The translations under genes were made by a program, and so were the position numbers. Shown here one piece after another: positions 52,616-64,000 of a DNA stretch of 64,000 nt; position 1 is the first letter of the stretch; every line of letters begins with the position of its first letter. The notes below the pieces were generated by a model. The model was not told the origin of the DNA and did no database searches. It worked only from the letters and a program-made list of their open reading frames with translations. The stretch is from assembly GCA_964187785.1 (NCBI GenBank), contig OZ076414.1, positions 4,154,001 to 4,218,000 on the forward strand. The letters are read 5' to 3'. The DNA comes from Amphiscolops sp. MND2022. Its lineage: Eukaryota.

Positions 52616-53939
52616 AACACTTACTTAGTTTAAACGAGCCCCCTGAAACGCTGTCACACATCCTCATTATCATTTTAAAGGTCACAATTTCTTCTGAATG
52701 AATCTTCTTGGCTCTAACTTTAGATTCTATCAGAGCTCTTCTCCTTGAAAATTGCTCGACTCTAAAGAACTACATTATTGGTCGAACTCCACGAAAGGAA
52801 AGAACTGAACATATGAACAATTCTAAACAATGAACATATATTCTGAGAACAACTACAGAAGATAAAAGCTTTTCCCACGTCCCTATATTCGACTTTCACT
52901 CAAAAACATTACCTTCACTTTCTCTCACCTCTTTTCTTCAAACCGAACTCAACCCAACACCCAAAATTTAAACACTTCTCCTGTGCAAACATTTGATGCT
53001 ATAATCCATGACCAATGTTTCAATTTTCGAAACCCGTTCGGATGATTTAACCACAATTTACAAAGATACTCTTTAGATCTAATCTCCCGTTTTGCAGCTT
53101 GTTACATTACGTGTTTTTCCCAGATGTTTATAATCTTTTTACAAACGTTTTTGAGATGACCGCAGTATGAGACCACACTTCTTTGACAATAGCATAACAG
53201 ATAAGCATAAGAATCGAAAACCACATTTCTCAATGGAAACAGAAAAACCGATTTCTTTTGGAGAAAAAGTTGGGATTTTTTTCTTCCGAAAAACATCTGA
53301 TAGTACACAAAAACCCAAAAGGAGACCAATTAAATTGGCAAAACTGTTTTCTCAAGTCAAAAACTTTGTAAGAAAAGAATGATATCATTTCACCGAAAAA
53401 GATCTATTCCGAAAAACAGTCGCAGAGGGCCGAAAATGCAATACATCTTTAGCACAATTTGTGAGAAAATTCTCGTCAGTCACACAGGGCTAAAAAGTAA
53501 TCAGAAGTTACCCTTAAAACTAGGACAATGGTTTTGCTTAATCGAAAACCTCTCAAAAAAGAAAAGTTAAGAAAAAAATTCGAATTTCCAAAAATGTCTT
53601 CAGTGAGTCGCGTAGTCCGGTAAAACCCCGAAGAGTTCTCTATGCTCGCAAAAGGTTTTTTTCAGTAAAACTTAAGGGAGGGAGATCGATGAAAAGAAAT
53701 TATTTTCGAATTTGTTTGGAACTTTGATGAAACGCAATATATTTCGAAGATAACGTCAAATCTTCAGATATAGTGTGCTGGGCTACTTAGAGTCAAATGT
53801 TAAGACTCAGATAAAATCATTTTGAAAAATCTCACAATGCCGAAAATTGTAAAAGGGGTATCCTTTGGGTTTTTAAACATTTAATTTGTTGCAAAATATC
53901 AAAAAAGTTCAAGGAGGGCCCTCTGGAGACATTGAAAAC

Positions 53940-54070
53940 TTCGAAAAAAATCTCACAGTGCCGAAAAAATGGAAGGGGCGACCCTTTAGTATCGTCTGAG
54001 TTTGTGTTACGTTAAAAATGGAAAGGGATTAATTAAAGGGGAACCTTGGATTTAACTTAGATGCGTTTCC
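53940..54070. repeat. Dispersed repeat (inverted copy of ~15405-15540)
   Basis: Reverse complement shares GGAAACGCATCTAAGTT and TTTTCGGCACTGTG blocks. Confidence 0.6.
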
Positions 54071-55443
54071 GCTGGCCGGCAATAAAGAGTTGCAGTTCTG
54101 TAAAAAGTGTCCACTACGCATATATTCCGTTATCTGACGAAAAAAAGAGAAAAAAATGCCACTGTTATAGTCGATGATGTGATAGGAAATATGTTCAGGT
54201 GTATCCGTTCTCCTAATCACTCATGTAGAGAAATTGTGGTGTATCAATGATCAAAGAATTCACTAAGATTCACAACATTTGATACCAAAAACATCCGATC
54301 TAAAACTGATTTCTGACTTTTTAATATTTTAGTTTCAGAAACATGAGAAAGCTGGAAGAAAATTGAATTACCAGAGACTTTTGAGTGGAGCAGGTCTTCC
54401 AATCAATACACCAATGGGAATTAAAGTTATGAAGATGTTTGAAGTGTTTCCGTTGTTTCCACTGGGAAGAGTTTCTTTTTGATGCGTCTATTTTCACCAC
54501 ACCAGTATGAGGTCACTTGTAATGCTAATCGTAGAGTAGTCCACCAGAGTAATATTCCATTTAATTGTGGTCGTCGATTGAAGAAAAGAAATCATACGGA
54601 TGTTTATATTTATGTTTAAAAAACTAAAAACCCGATTTCACATTTGCAGAAAATTCGTTCTTTATTCTTTGATCAGGTGTCTTGGACTTTCTCTGTGGGC
54701 AAGATTTAAACATGGGAACTTCGGGGAAAATTAAACAGGCTTTTTTCATTTTGAGGGAAGGAACGGTAGTTTTCCGCGTATTCTATGATTTTTTCAAACC
54801 ACAATTCATATTTGAATGAAAACATATTTTAAAGCAAACATACTAAGAATTTTCAAACAAAAAGGTTATGTTCGTTTTACCCTAATTACTGTGACAGTGT
54901 TTACACAGGTGATTCTCGTTTAACGTTTCGACGACGTTTCCGTGAACGTTTGACAAGTTTCTGAACATTATGGTTATAAAACTTCAGAGCGGGAAAACAC
55001 CTGGTGCTTAGCGGGCTTTTTGTTCCGACTAAAGCTTTGGAATCATAATTTGATCAGGGCTCAACGTTTTTTACTATGAGTAACCAGCGAAAACTGTCAA
55101 AAAGTATCCCTTTTAATTCAGTTCGAGACTTTGCTGATGTGGATGATTTCTAAGCAATACAAACCAAAGAGTCCGTTGATGACGTTTTCTACGAACTGTC
55201 TCTAAAAATAATTAATTTTGATGCTCCATATTCCTTTTGGTGGTAAAATAACGAATATTAACATTTTTACCATAAGCTTCGTTAATAACAAAACCATTGG
55301 AAATGTGAAGAGAAACTAGTTTTCTCAACAAAGCCAGTCACGAAAATTTATTCTGGTTGTAAATTGTCCAAAAATAGTTCATCGTATTTGAAAATCATTT
55401 TATAGCACGTTCAACCATTCCTATGGAAAAGGAATAGAACATA

Positions 55444-55530
55444 TGTATTGTGACATGCCGTCATCATGACCTCTACCATAGATTTAGTGTATACCGTAAC
55501 ATACGGGCTTAGACAGAGAGACTCGGTTGT
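55444..55530 (+). repeat. Probable left part of the Gypsy-D 5' LTR
   Basis: TGT start at 55444. Contiguous across the GTTGT TSD with 62852-63008. The start is tentative. Confidence 0.35.
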
Positions 55531-55941
55531 TGTTGTGACTCAACATTTTGATCGATGAATTTCGACGTGAAATCTTTTGAATAGTTTTTGATTGTTGTTT
55601 AATTCGTATTGCTCATAGCAAGTTCTCCTGAATGGAATTATTCAAAAATTAATCTTTGCGTTTTTGCAAGATATAGAAACGAAACTCAAGAAAAGAAAAG
55701 AGAAAGAGGAAACCAATTCCTCAGGTAAATATATTTTGAAACTGTCCCCTCTTTGTTACCCTCCTCTTTTCTGATTATTCTTATATAAGAAATATATTTT
55801 ATATAATATCAGTTATTTTACTGGTCTCAAGTTTTTACTAATCTTAGTCAGTGTTTCCGGGCATTTCCTGACGATTCATTTTATGGCCATTGTCCCCACG
55901 ACTGCTATAACGAATTCACCCATTATGCGAGGTCAGTAACA
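55531..55941 (+). repeat. BEL-2 5' LTR (411 bp)
   Basis: Near-identical to 62435-62846. Confidence 0.97.
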
Positions 55942-55947
55942 TAATTT

Positions 55948-55961
55948 TGGCGCCCAACGTG
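55948..55961 (+). promoter_or_regulatory. BEL-2 primer-binding site (tRNA-Lys)
   Basis: TGGCGCCCAACGTG matches the well-known Lys1,2 PBS; 6 nt after the LTR. Confidence 0.85.
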
Positions 55962-56200
55962 TAAAGTCGATCCCATTCTTACTGTCTGTTACCACGTTGG
56001 TTGCAATTCACTTCGTCTCTGGGATTCTTCTTTCTAGTTGTTCCAATCTTCGTTACGTCTCCTGTCCATCCGTCGCTTTTGTTTTATTTGATATATTCGA
56101 ACAACTGTGAGGAGTATAAACTTTTGTTTTACCTACATTTTCATTGGTTTCGTTATGTTTCGCATTTGTTGCGTTATTATTATCTTTTACGTCTTTCATT

Positions 56201-56785
56201 ATGTTTATCATCGGAGCCAGCTGTCTCGATAATATCCTAAAGTCAACGTCCATCCCTCATTCCTTTCGTTATTCACTCTCCAAAAGATCCTTTGCAATAC
56301 GAGGACTCAGTTTCAACACTTCTTCGAATTATCGTTTCAAAGTTTTGCAAAATCTTCTTCGTCGTGGCCCACTCGCACGCAAACAAAAGATAGTCATTTG
56401 GCACGACGTCATTAGTAACAGTCTCTCGAAGCATCAGAGCAACAATTACACATCCCTGTCACCTGAAGAGTTGATTCAACTGCTCTTTGAATTCCGAAAT
56501 CGCATCCGCGCCATTGTTTACGTTCAACGGAGTGGAAGTCCAAACATCCTGAAAGAACTTTTTTCATCTGGAATCCTCATTTTAGGCGCTCAAAATAAAT
56601 TGTTGTCTTAACGATAACGAAGGACTCCTTCTGTCATCCGTGCGTTGAGTAGTGTTCACCCTTCGCTTGCCTTGGATTCCCATTTACTTCGCATTGTAGT
56701 CAAGCATCAACAAAACCTTGTTTCACTCCTGAAGAAACAGCGCAAAAACAAGCGAGACAGGCTGTCCTTCCAGGCTCATCAATAA
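56201..56785 (+). pseudogene. BEL-2 extra ORF0 upstream of gag, SGNH/GDSL-hydrolase-like
   Basis: MFIIGASCL (block I-like), AIRGLSF (II), IVIWHDVISN (III), SSVHP (V, His at 56657). The 195-codon frame is interrupted by TAA at 56609 and 56615. Confidence 0.6.
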
Positions 56786-56932
56786 CATCTGTTGCTAACG
56801 ATTTTTTTATCCTTGTGACACTCAAAGTGCGTTAACTCGCACGGGTCGATCAGGGTGAGATTAGTCGTTCGTAACATCTTTCCGAAAAAGGAACATCTTT
56901 CGTTTCCATCGAAATTTTTCAGCTGCTTCGCA

Positions 56933-58597
56933 ATGCCTCCCACAACTTATAATTTACGCAATCGTGAGCCGTCTAACGGTGACGATGCCCATGTTGACGT
57001 CTCGGCCGACACTCAAACTGTCGACTCTGAGCCTTCTGAAATCAACACTATCCACAGCCTCATTTTGTTACAGCAGGAAGAAGTTGCAAGTTTGTTATCT
57101 TTTGGCAATGATTTGCTGACTAACTACACAGATTTTGATGATATTAGTTCCGTTACGTCGGAATTAACAGTTGCTGAAGCTGAGCTTGTTCAATTGACGA
57201 AATCTTTAGCCCTTCATATCTCAACCACAGAATTCGCACCTCATGCCAACAATATGACATCTATCAAACTCGACATTCGTCGCTTCAAGGTATCTGTGGC
57301 TAGAAGCAAAAGGTCCTCTTGTAGTGGTAGTAACTCTAACGATCCTCCGGCGCCGGCCGCTGCAACTTCTGACCTTCCTTCTTCATCGTCTTCGCATCAT
57401 CCCCAAGGAGACGACTCTACTGCTGTACCTCCATTAATCAATGCCGTTTCATTTTCATCAACCACTTTTGAGCCCAATATGCCATTGTCAAACAATCTTC
57501 AAACTAATCCTTTCGGTATTACGCAATCGGTCGACACATCTACGTATGAAAATGCTATTGATCCAGCGTCCATCAGCACGACCAACGCCCTTCATGACAA
57601 TACAGACACTGTGCCACCGCAACGTTGACTGACCTTTCCAAGAATTCAACCACCTGTTTTCCAGGGCGATCCCTTGGCTTGGCTAGATTGGTTTGGTCTT
57701 TTTTCCGCTACCATCGACAGCGCTGCAATTTCGCAAGCGGAAAAGATCATCCACTTACAAACTCTTGTCTCTTGGGAACCAAAAGCTTTAATTGCCGGTT
57801 ATGGTTGTAATCCCGCGATGTACCAGTATGCACTATCTAGATTGAAGTCAACATACGGCAAACCTGATCGTATTGTGATGTCATTTCTTCAACGTCTCCA
57901 AACATTCAGGCAACCATCAACTGATGATCCGAAATCCATCACGAACTATGCAAATTTCATCTCTTCTCTTGTCGATACCTTCACACAATTAAATTTTCTC
58001 CATGACATTCACTCCACCGTCAATCTTACCAGTGCACTTTCGAAACTGCCGGCCGATGTTAGGCTAAATTGGAACCGCCACGTGCTATCGCAAAACATCA
58101 ACGACCCGTCGCTCAGAAGTTTTGCTCCTTGGCTTCAAAACTTTGCTACAGCTTGTCGTGACAGCTTTATTCCTTTCTCTGACACTAATCACAACGGACG
58201 TTCCTCCTCATCAACAAATGCGCGAGCTCAAGGACACAATTCCAAAACGCCGTTAGTCAAACCGTCTTCTCAATTTAGTTTATGTCCGGAGAAGAAAGGT
58301 TGTGTCTACTTGGGGAGCTGCGAGCATGTCAAAGCATTTTCACCAATAGACCGCAAAAATTACGCTAAGAAGTGCCACTTGTGCTTCAACTGTCTGAAGG
58401 GTCATAACTTCAATGATTGCAAGTCAACAAAAGTTTGTCAGCAACCTGGATGTATGAAAAAACACCACACCTTGCTCCATATTGACAGACAAGGTCAAAA
58501 TCAAATACAATCTTCTACATCGCTTCTTCTACACTTCGCGGCTGCTAAACCCCGGTCTCTGTCCAATTGTGCCTGTGACTGTTTCATCGGGTGGTAA
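56933..58597 (+). pseudogene. gag: BEL-2 gag (DUF1759-like region and Cys/His knuckles)
   Basis: FQGDPLAWLDWFGLFSATID...KIIHLQTLV; CFNCLKGHNFNDC; CMKKHHTLLH. Frameshift near 57626. Confidence 0.9.
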
Positions 58598-61500
58598 ATT
58601 TGCAGACGTGTTCGCCCTTCTAGACACAGACAGCTCAGTGTCTTTGATCACCAAGAAAATTGCTGAACATTTAGTCGGTCATTTACCAGAGTCTTCCCCT
58701 ATTCTTCTTGAATGCGTCAACACTACATCAACAGTTGCTGCCATATCACTCGACTTGACAATTGCTCCTTACAATGCCGCAGCGGCAATGCCATTGCGCA
58801 ATGTTTTGGCGGTGCCTACCTTGAACCTCTAAACATTTGATTCAGCGCCCATCAATTCATTGTGCCAACAGTACCCTCACCTGCAACACGTCTCATTTCC
58901 TTACCTAAAACAATCGACTGTCGATCTTCTCATCGGTTCGGATCAATTCGACCTCATTCATAGTCGTACTGTGATTCGAGGGCCGCCCAACACACCTTGT
59001 GCTATGTCGACAAAACTTGGTTGGTCAGTTGCCGGTCGTTCGATACTTCCGCCGACAGCTGCCACAAACGTTACAAATCTTCGATCTCGACATGAAGCTC
59101 TCTTCCAGCAAGTTCAAGAGTGGATGCACATTGATTGCTCTGGCATCACGAGTAGCAAAAAAAGTATGTCTGCTGAAGATCGACAAGCTCTCTCCATCTT
59201 GAAGAAAACTACCAAACTTGTTGATGGACACTATGAAATTGGCCTCCTTTGGAAGAACCATGTCTCTCTGCCTAACAACAAATGGGTAGCTCAAAAACAG
59301 CTATCGTCACTTGAAATCAAGTTGGCACGAAAACCTCAACTAGGTTCTCTTTACGAAGCGTCCATTGCAACCGACATCGAGAAGGGATATGTGTCTGTTG
59401 TACCTGACTCCGAAGCGGATCGAGCAGACGCTTGGTATCTTCCACATCACCCTGTAACCAATGTAAATAAACCTGGTAAAATTCGAAGAGTAACCAATGC
59501 ATCATCAGTTTATCAAGGTACTTCGCTGAATTCTAGTCTTCTGAAAGGACCTGACTTGTTGTGTAACCTTACTGGTTTGATTATGCGCTTTCGCGAAAAA
59601 TGTGTTGCCTTATCCGCTGACATTGAAGCAATGTTCATGCAAGTTTCAGTACCCCCTTCAGATAGACGCTTCTTACGATATTTATGGCGTAACGAAGTTC
59701 ATGAGTACAATCGCCATATTTTTGGTGCCACAGATTCACCCTGTGCTGCTTGCTAGGCTGTTCGACAATGCGCCGAGGACAACAAAACTGCCTATCCTGA
59801 GGCTCCAAATTTGGTCGCTCGTCACATCTATATGGACGATCTCTATGTGTCGACTGATACCCTCGAAGAACAAAGAATTTGCGCACAGTCCTCCAAACAG
59901 TTTTAGCAACCGGTGGTTTCATTTTAACGAAATGAACGTCCAACAACCTTGAATTCAATCAGTCCATTCCAGAGTCCGACAGGTCGAATTCAGCACCAAT
60001 CAATCCAAACAAGAAAGTTATCGACAGAGTATTAGGCGTGAAATGGAATACGATTGACGATTGCTATCTTTTGGAACCTACCAATTTTCAAGACACTCCA
60101 AAAAAGCTAACTCAAAGAACACTACTGAAGTACGTTTCTTCAATTTTTGACCCTCTTGGTATGTCGTCACCTATTCAAATTCGCGTTCGCACCTCTCTTC
60201 AGCAAATTTGGAAGGGTAACCAGCATTGGGACCGTCCCACCGCGCTTGCAGATTACCCTGAGCTGAAAAATTTTTTCGAAGATGTAGCGAACCTTTAGAC
60301 AGTTCGCATCAAGCGACATTATTTCGAAGCTTCCAAACAACCAGTTCGTAAAGAATTACACGTTTTTAACGATGCTTCTGAAAAAGCAATAGCCAAAGTT
60401 GTATTTCTTTGTACAGTTTTCTCCGACAAATCCGTGAGTCTCAGTTTCATTCTAGGAAAAGCTCGAGTAGCACCAATCAAGAGAATGACCACCCCCAATC
60501 TCGAACTATTGGCAGCAACGAACGGAGCCAAACTGGCTCAATTCATCGAAGAAGAGCAAAACTTTTCTTTTGACACAATTGTATATTGGACAGACAGCAC
60601 TACAGTTCTATCTTGGATCAACTCATCCGAGAGCCGACACAAAATTTTCATAGCCAACCGTATATCCATCATTCTCTCAACTTCGACTGTGTCGCAGTGG
60701 CGTTACGTTCCCACAGACTTGAATCCGGCCGACGATGGTACTAGAGGAAAACCGGTTTCAAATTTAACATCCGAGTCACGATGGCTCAAAGGACCCGATT
60801 TCCTTCTGAAAAATCCAGAGACTTGGCCAGAAAGACCACACATCGCACCCGAATGTCCAAATTCTTGTTTCCCTCTGCACCCAATTGACGCAATCGTATC
60901 TTTTCAAAATTTTAGTCCATGGACTCGTCTCCTCAAAACCGTTGCATTCTGTTATTTTTTGTTGGACAAACACCGTCGCATCAACGATAGATTGGGTGTT
61001 GCTCACCTTATGAAAGCGTTCAGATGGATCTTATTGGAGACTCAACGAACTTCGTTTCCGGAAGAAATCAACGCTCTAAGGAATCAAAAACCTCCTGCGT
61101 CGAACTCACGAATATCATCGCTCTCTCCATTTCTTGATCGTCAAGGTCTTCTTCGCTCTCGCGACAGGCTTTCCAAAGCTAAATATCTGCTTGTGGCTCG
61201 TTACCCAATCATTCTTGATTCGAAACATCCGGGAGTAAAACTATTTCTCCTCCATATACACAACAGCAACTCCCATGCTAGTCTCGAACAGTCTCGTAGC
61301 ATTGTTCAAGAGCAGTTTTGGGTTCTACGTTGTCGATCTGCACTCAAGACCATCATCCATTATTGTATTCCTTGCAAAAGGATTACCCAGCATGTTGACT
61401 ATCCGATCATGGCTGATCTACCTGATTGTCGCTTACCTTCAGCCAACCACTTTCCATTTCTTACAACAGGACTCGATTTCGGTGGTCCGTTTCCCATCAA

Positions 61501-62388
61501 AGACAATGGTCAATTCGAGAGTTGATATTGCTTGCTATTTACTTGCCTTGTCACAAGAGCTGTCCATATCGAAACTTGTGCTGATCTTAATACTGAGACA
61601 ACCCTCATGGCAATACGTCGTTTCGTTTCTTTGCTTGGAAATCCACAACAAATCTACTCTGACAATGCGACTACTTTCATCAAAGCTAGTAAAGAACTGA
61701 AAGATGGCATTGAGAAACTTCGAACGGACAATTCCTTTCGCGACGCCTTGTTACTACTCCATTTGGATTGGCGCTTTATCCCCCCATTATCGCCTCATTT
61801 TGGTGGTTCTTGGGAGAGTTTGGTAAAGGTGTTCAAAAAGGCTTTTTACCGTGTAATTGGTTCTCGAACTTTGACTCATGACACCCTCTCGACGTTTGTG
61901 TGCGAGGTTGCTGCTATGATGAATGGTCGACCTCTTACTCAAGTATCCAGCGATTTCCGAGACGTGGAACCAATCACCCCAAACCATTTCCTGCTGGGCC
62001 GTCCATCGCCAAATTTTCCACCCGGCTTTTCTTGGACAAGTCAATTACTATCTCCAGCAATTGGAAGCAAGCACAACAGATCTCTGATCAGTTTTGGAAT
62101 CGTTTTCTGAAAGAATACATGCCTACTCTCCTCAAGCGTGGCAAATGGTCCACTCCAACCCAGAATTTGCAGCCTGGCGACTTGGTTTGGGTACTAGAAG
62201 ACTTTACACCACGTGGGTTATGGCCGATGGCAAGAGTTGACAAAGTGTTTCCGGGGGCGGATGGAGTCGTGCGATCTTGCAGACTCAAAACGACCAAATG
62301 GCTACATTCACAGACCAGTCGTGAAGTTGTCAAAAATCCCTGTCGACATCGTGAAAAAAACTTGAAACTTCGCCTTAATTTCACCTAA
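58482..62388 (+). pseudogene. pol: BEL-2 pol (PR-RT-RH-IN)
   Basis: ALLDTDS; WYLPHHPV..KPGKIRRV; IYMDD; LHVFNDAS; NPADDGTRG; GLDFGGP; PHFGGSWESLV. Several stops and frameshifts. Confidence 0.95.
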
Positions 62389-62434
62389 ATAGTGATATCA
62401 ACTTCCATCCAAACCCTTTTTCGGGGTCGGAATA

Positions 62435-62846
62435 TGTTGTGACTCAACATTTTGATCGATGAGTTTCGACGTGAAATCTTTTGAATAGTTTTTGATTGTT
62501 GTTTAATTCGTATTGCTCATAGCAAGTTCTCCTGAATGGAATTATTCAAAAATTAATCTTTGCGTTTTTGCAAGATATAGAAACGAAACTCAAGAAAAGA
62601 AAAGAGAAAGAGGGAACCAATTCCTCAGGTAAATATATTTTGAAACTGTCCCCTCTTTGTTACCCCTCCTCTTTTCTGATTATTCTTATATAATAAATAT
62701 ATTTTATATAATATCAGTTATTTTACTGGTCTCAACTTTTTACTAATCTTAGTCAGTGTTTCCGGACATTTCCTGACGATTCATTTTATGGCCACTGTCC
62801 CCACGACTGCTATAACGAATTCACCCATTATGCGAGGTCAGTAACA
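62435..62846 (+). repeat. BEL-2 3' LTR (412 bp)
   Basis: Preceded by PPT-like CGGGGTCGGAATA and followed by TSD GTTGT. Confidence 0.97.
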
Positions 62847-62851
62847 GTTGT

Positions 62852-63008
62852 TTACCAACAGAACTCTAATTGCTGTCACTTTATGTTACCATACTTTGAT
62901 ACTATTATGTTGTTTTGTATAGAAAGAGATATCTTGATACTAAAAGAGGTTTGAGTTGAAATCTTAAAACAGAACCTTGGTTTAACCGTAGAACATCAAA
63001 TTAGAACA
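62852..63008 (+). repeat. Right part of the Gypsy-D 5' LTR
   Basis: Ends ...AGAACA immediately before a TGG PBS. Confidence 0.55.
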
Positions 63009-63026
63009 TGGCGCAGTAAGCAAGAT
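63009..63026 (+). promoter_or_regulatory. Gypsy-D primer-binding site (tRNA-Ser-like)
   Basis: TGGCGCAGTAAGCAAGAT directly after the LTR CA and 64 nt before the gag ATG. Confidence 0.6.
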
Positions 63027-63072
63027 CCTATTTTTACCGTGTAAAAACCTATTTTACCCAACAAAAGAAACA

Positions 63073-64000
63073 ATGGCAACAACCACAAACAACATACTAC
63101 TACCCTACCTTGAAGACACCGGACTTGACAGAAAGAAATTATATACCCCAAAAGAATGGACCGAACGAATGAGAAACTATATTAAACCGATCCAAGACAT
63201 GGACATAAAACCGGGTTTATCCGGCGAAACAATGCCCGCGAATAACGGATGGACGGAAAAGGAACCCACGATAAGACAAGAATTCATCTGGGGAGCCGGA
63301 CCATCCGCGATAGAAATAATCTCAAAAGGAGAATTTACACCGACCTAGACACGATCAACACCGAAAAACTAATACAACTATTCAAAGACTACTACATGGC
63401 AAAACGCAACACCTACCACAATCGTGGAGATTTCTTCTGGGCGAAACAAGAAGAAAATGAAACACCAGAAGACCACTGGTGAAAACTAGTATCACTAGAA
63501 AAAGATTGCGAATTCAAAGATGTCATACAGGAAAATCTGCTAAAATCAAAATTCATCACCAGCATTACCGACAAGAAATTACGGGAAAAACTAATCCGAG
63601 AAAAAAACACTAAAATTGAAAACCACCGAGGATTTAGTAACCCAAGACAGCTACGATAAAAGACACAAACAATCAACAACCCCCCAGGACTCGCAAAAGA
63701 GAAAGAAATAAAAGAGGAACCAATACAAAAAAATATAACCAAGGGACAAACAAAACTACCGGAAAAACACCGAAAAGACAACAAAAAACAACAACTGTGG
63801 ATACTGCGGACAACAAAATTGGTCTCCACAGCACAAAAGCCCCGCAAAGACCGTGGAATGTGACAACTGCCACAAAATAGGACACTCCGCGAGAGTGTGC
63901 CGCAGCAAAACAGACAATACAAGAAGACAGAGAGTCAACTACCTCGAAGCGGCCAATAGCGAAGAAGAAGAGAACGAACCGGAAGAAATCCAACAAATAA
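63073..64000 (+). pseudogene. gag: Gypsy-D gag (runs off the window end)
   Basis: RNTYHNRGDFFWAKQEENETPEDHW gag text and knuckles CGYCG...H and CDNCHKIGHSARVC. Frameshifts and stops. Confidence 0.8.

Larger units (their letters stand above)
55531..62846 (+). mobile_element. Full-length BEL/Pao LTR retrotransposon 'BEL-2' (7,316 bp), recent insertion
   Basis: LTRs 55531-55941 and 62435-62846 (TGTT...AACA) differ by about 5 substitutions and 1 indel. Perfect 5-bp TSD GTTGT (55526-55530, 62847-62851), with PBS and PPT present. Confidence 0.97.

Noticed and set aside
54400-55440. Possible Polinton-like or other coding relic (also 15600-16560)
   Set aside because: No diagnostic motif could be read with confidence.

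Overview
Eukaryotic (probably invertebrate animal), AT-rich DNA made almost entirely of nested, mostly decayed LTR retrotransposons. I see no host gene, rRNA, tRNA or CRISPR. Left to right: (1) Gypsy-A (1-~14741), with gag-PR-RT-RH-IN, then a ~6.7-kb extension, then a truncated second gag start. (2) Gypsy-B (16620-37203), whose 5' LTR is interrupted by a BEL/Pao element (16824-24493). (3) A 127-bp hairpin and an 873-bp TIR element. (4) Gypsy-C (40421-51268), an LTR-bounded element that lacks pol. (5) A young BEL/Pao element (55531-62846, TSD GTTGT) that appears to sit inside the LTR of Gypsy-D, whose gag runs off the window end. The most interesting signal is in the Gypsy-A extension. It carries an antisense, spliced gene (8 exons by manual GT-AG reconstruction, ~950 aa) with a BED/hAT-like zinc finger and a hAT-like C-terminal half. 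It also carries arrays of a nested palindrome, CGATG-N6-CGATG-N9-CATCG-N6-CATCG, whose half-sites recur in that gene's introns and inside pol linkers. Three other elements carry accessory ORFs with SGNH-hydrolase-like motifs. All domain assignments are by eye; no database searches were run.
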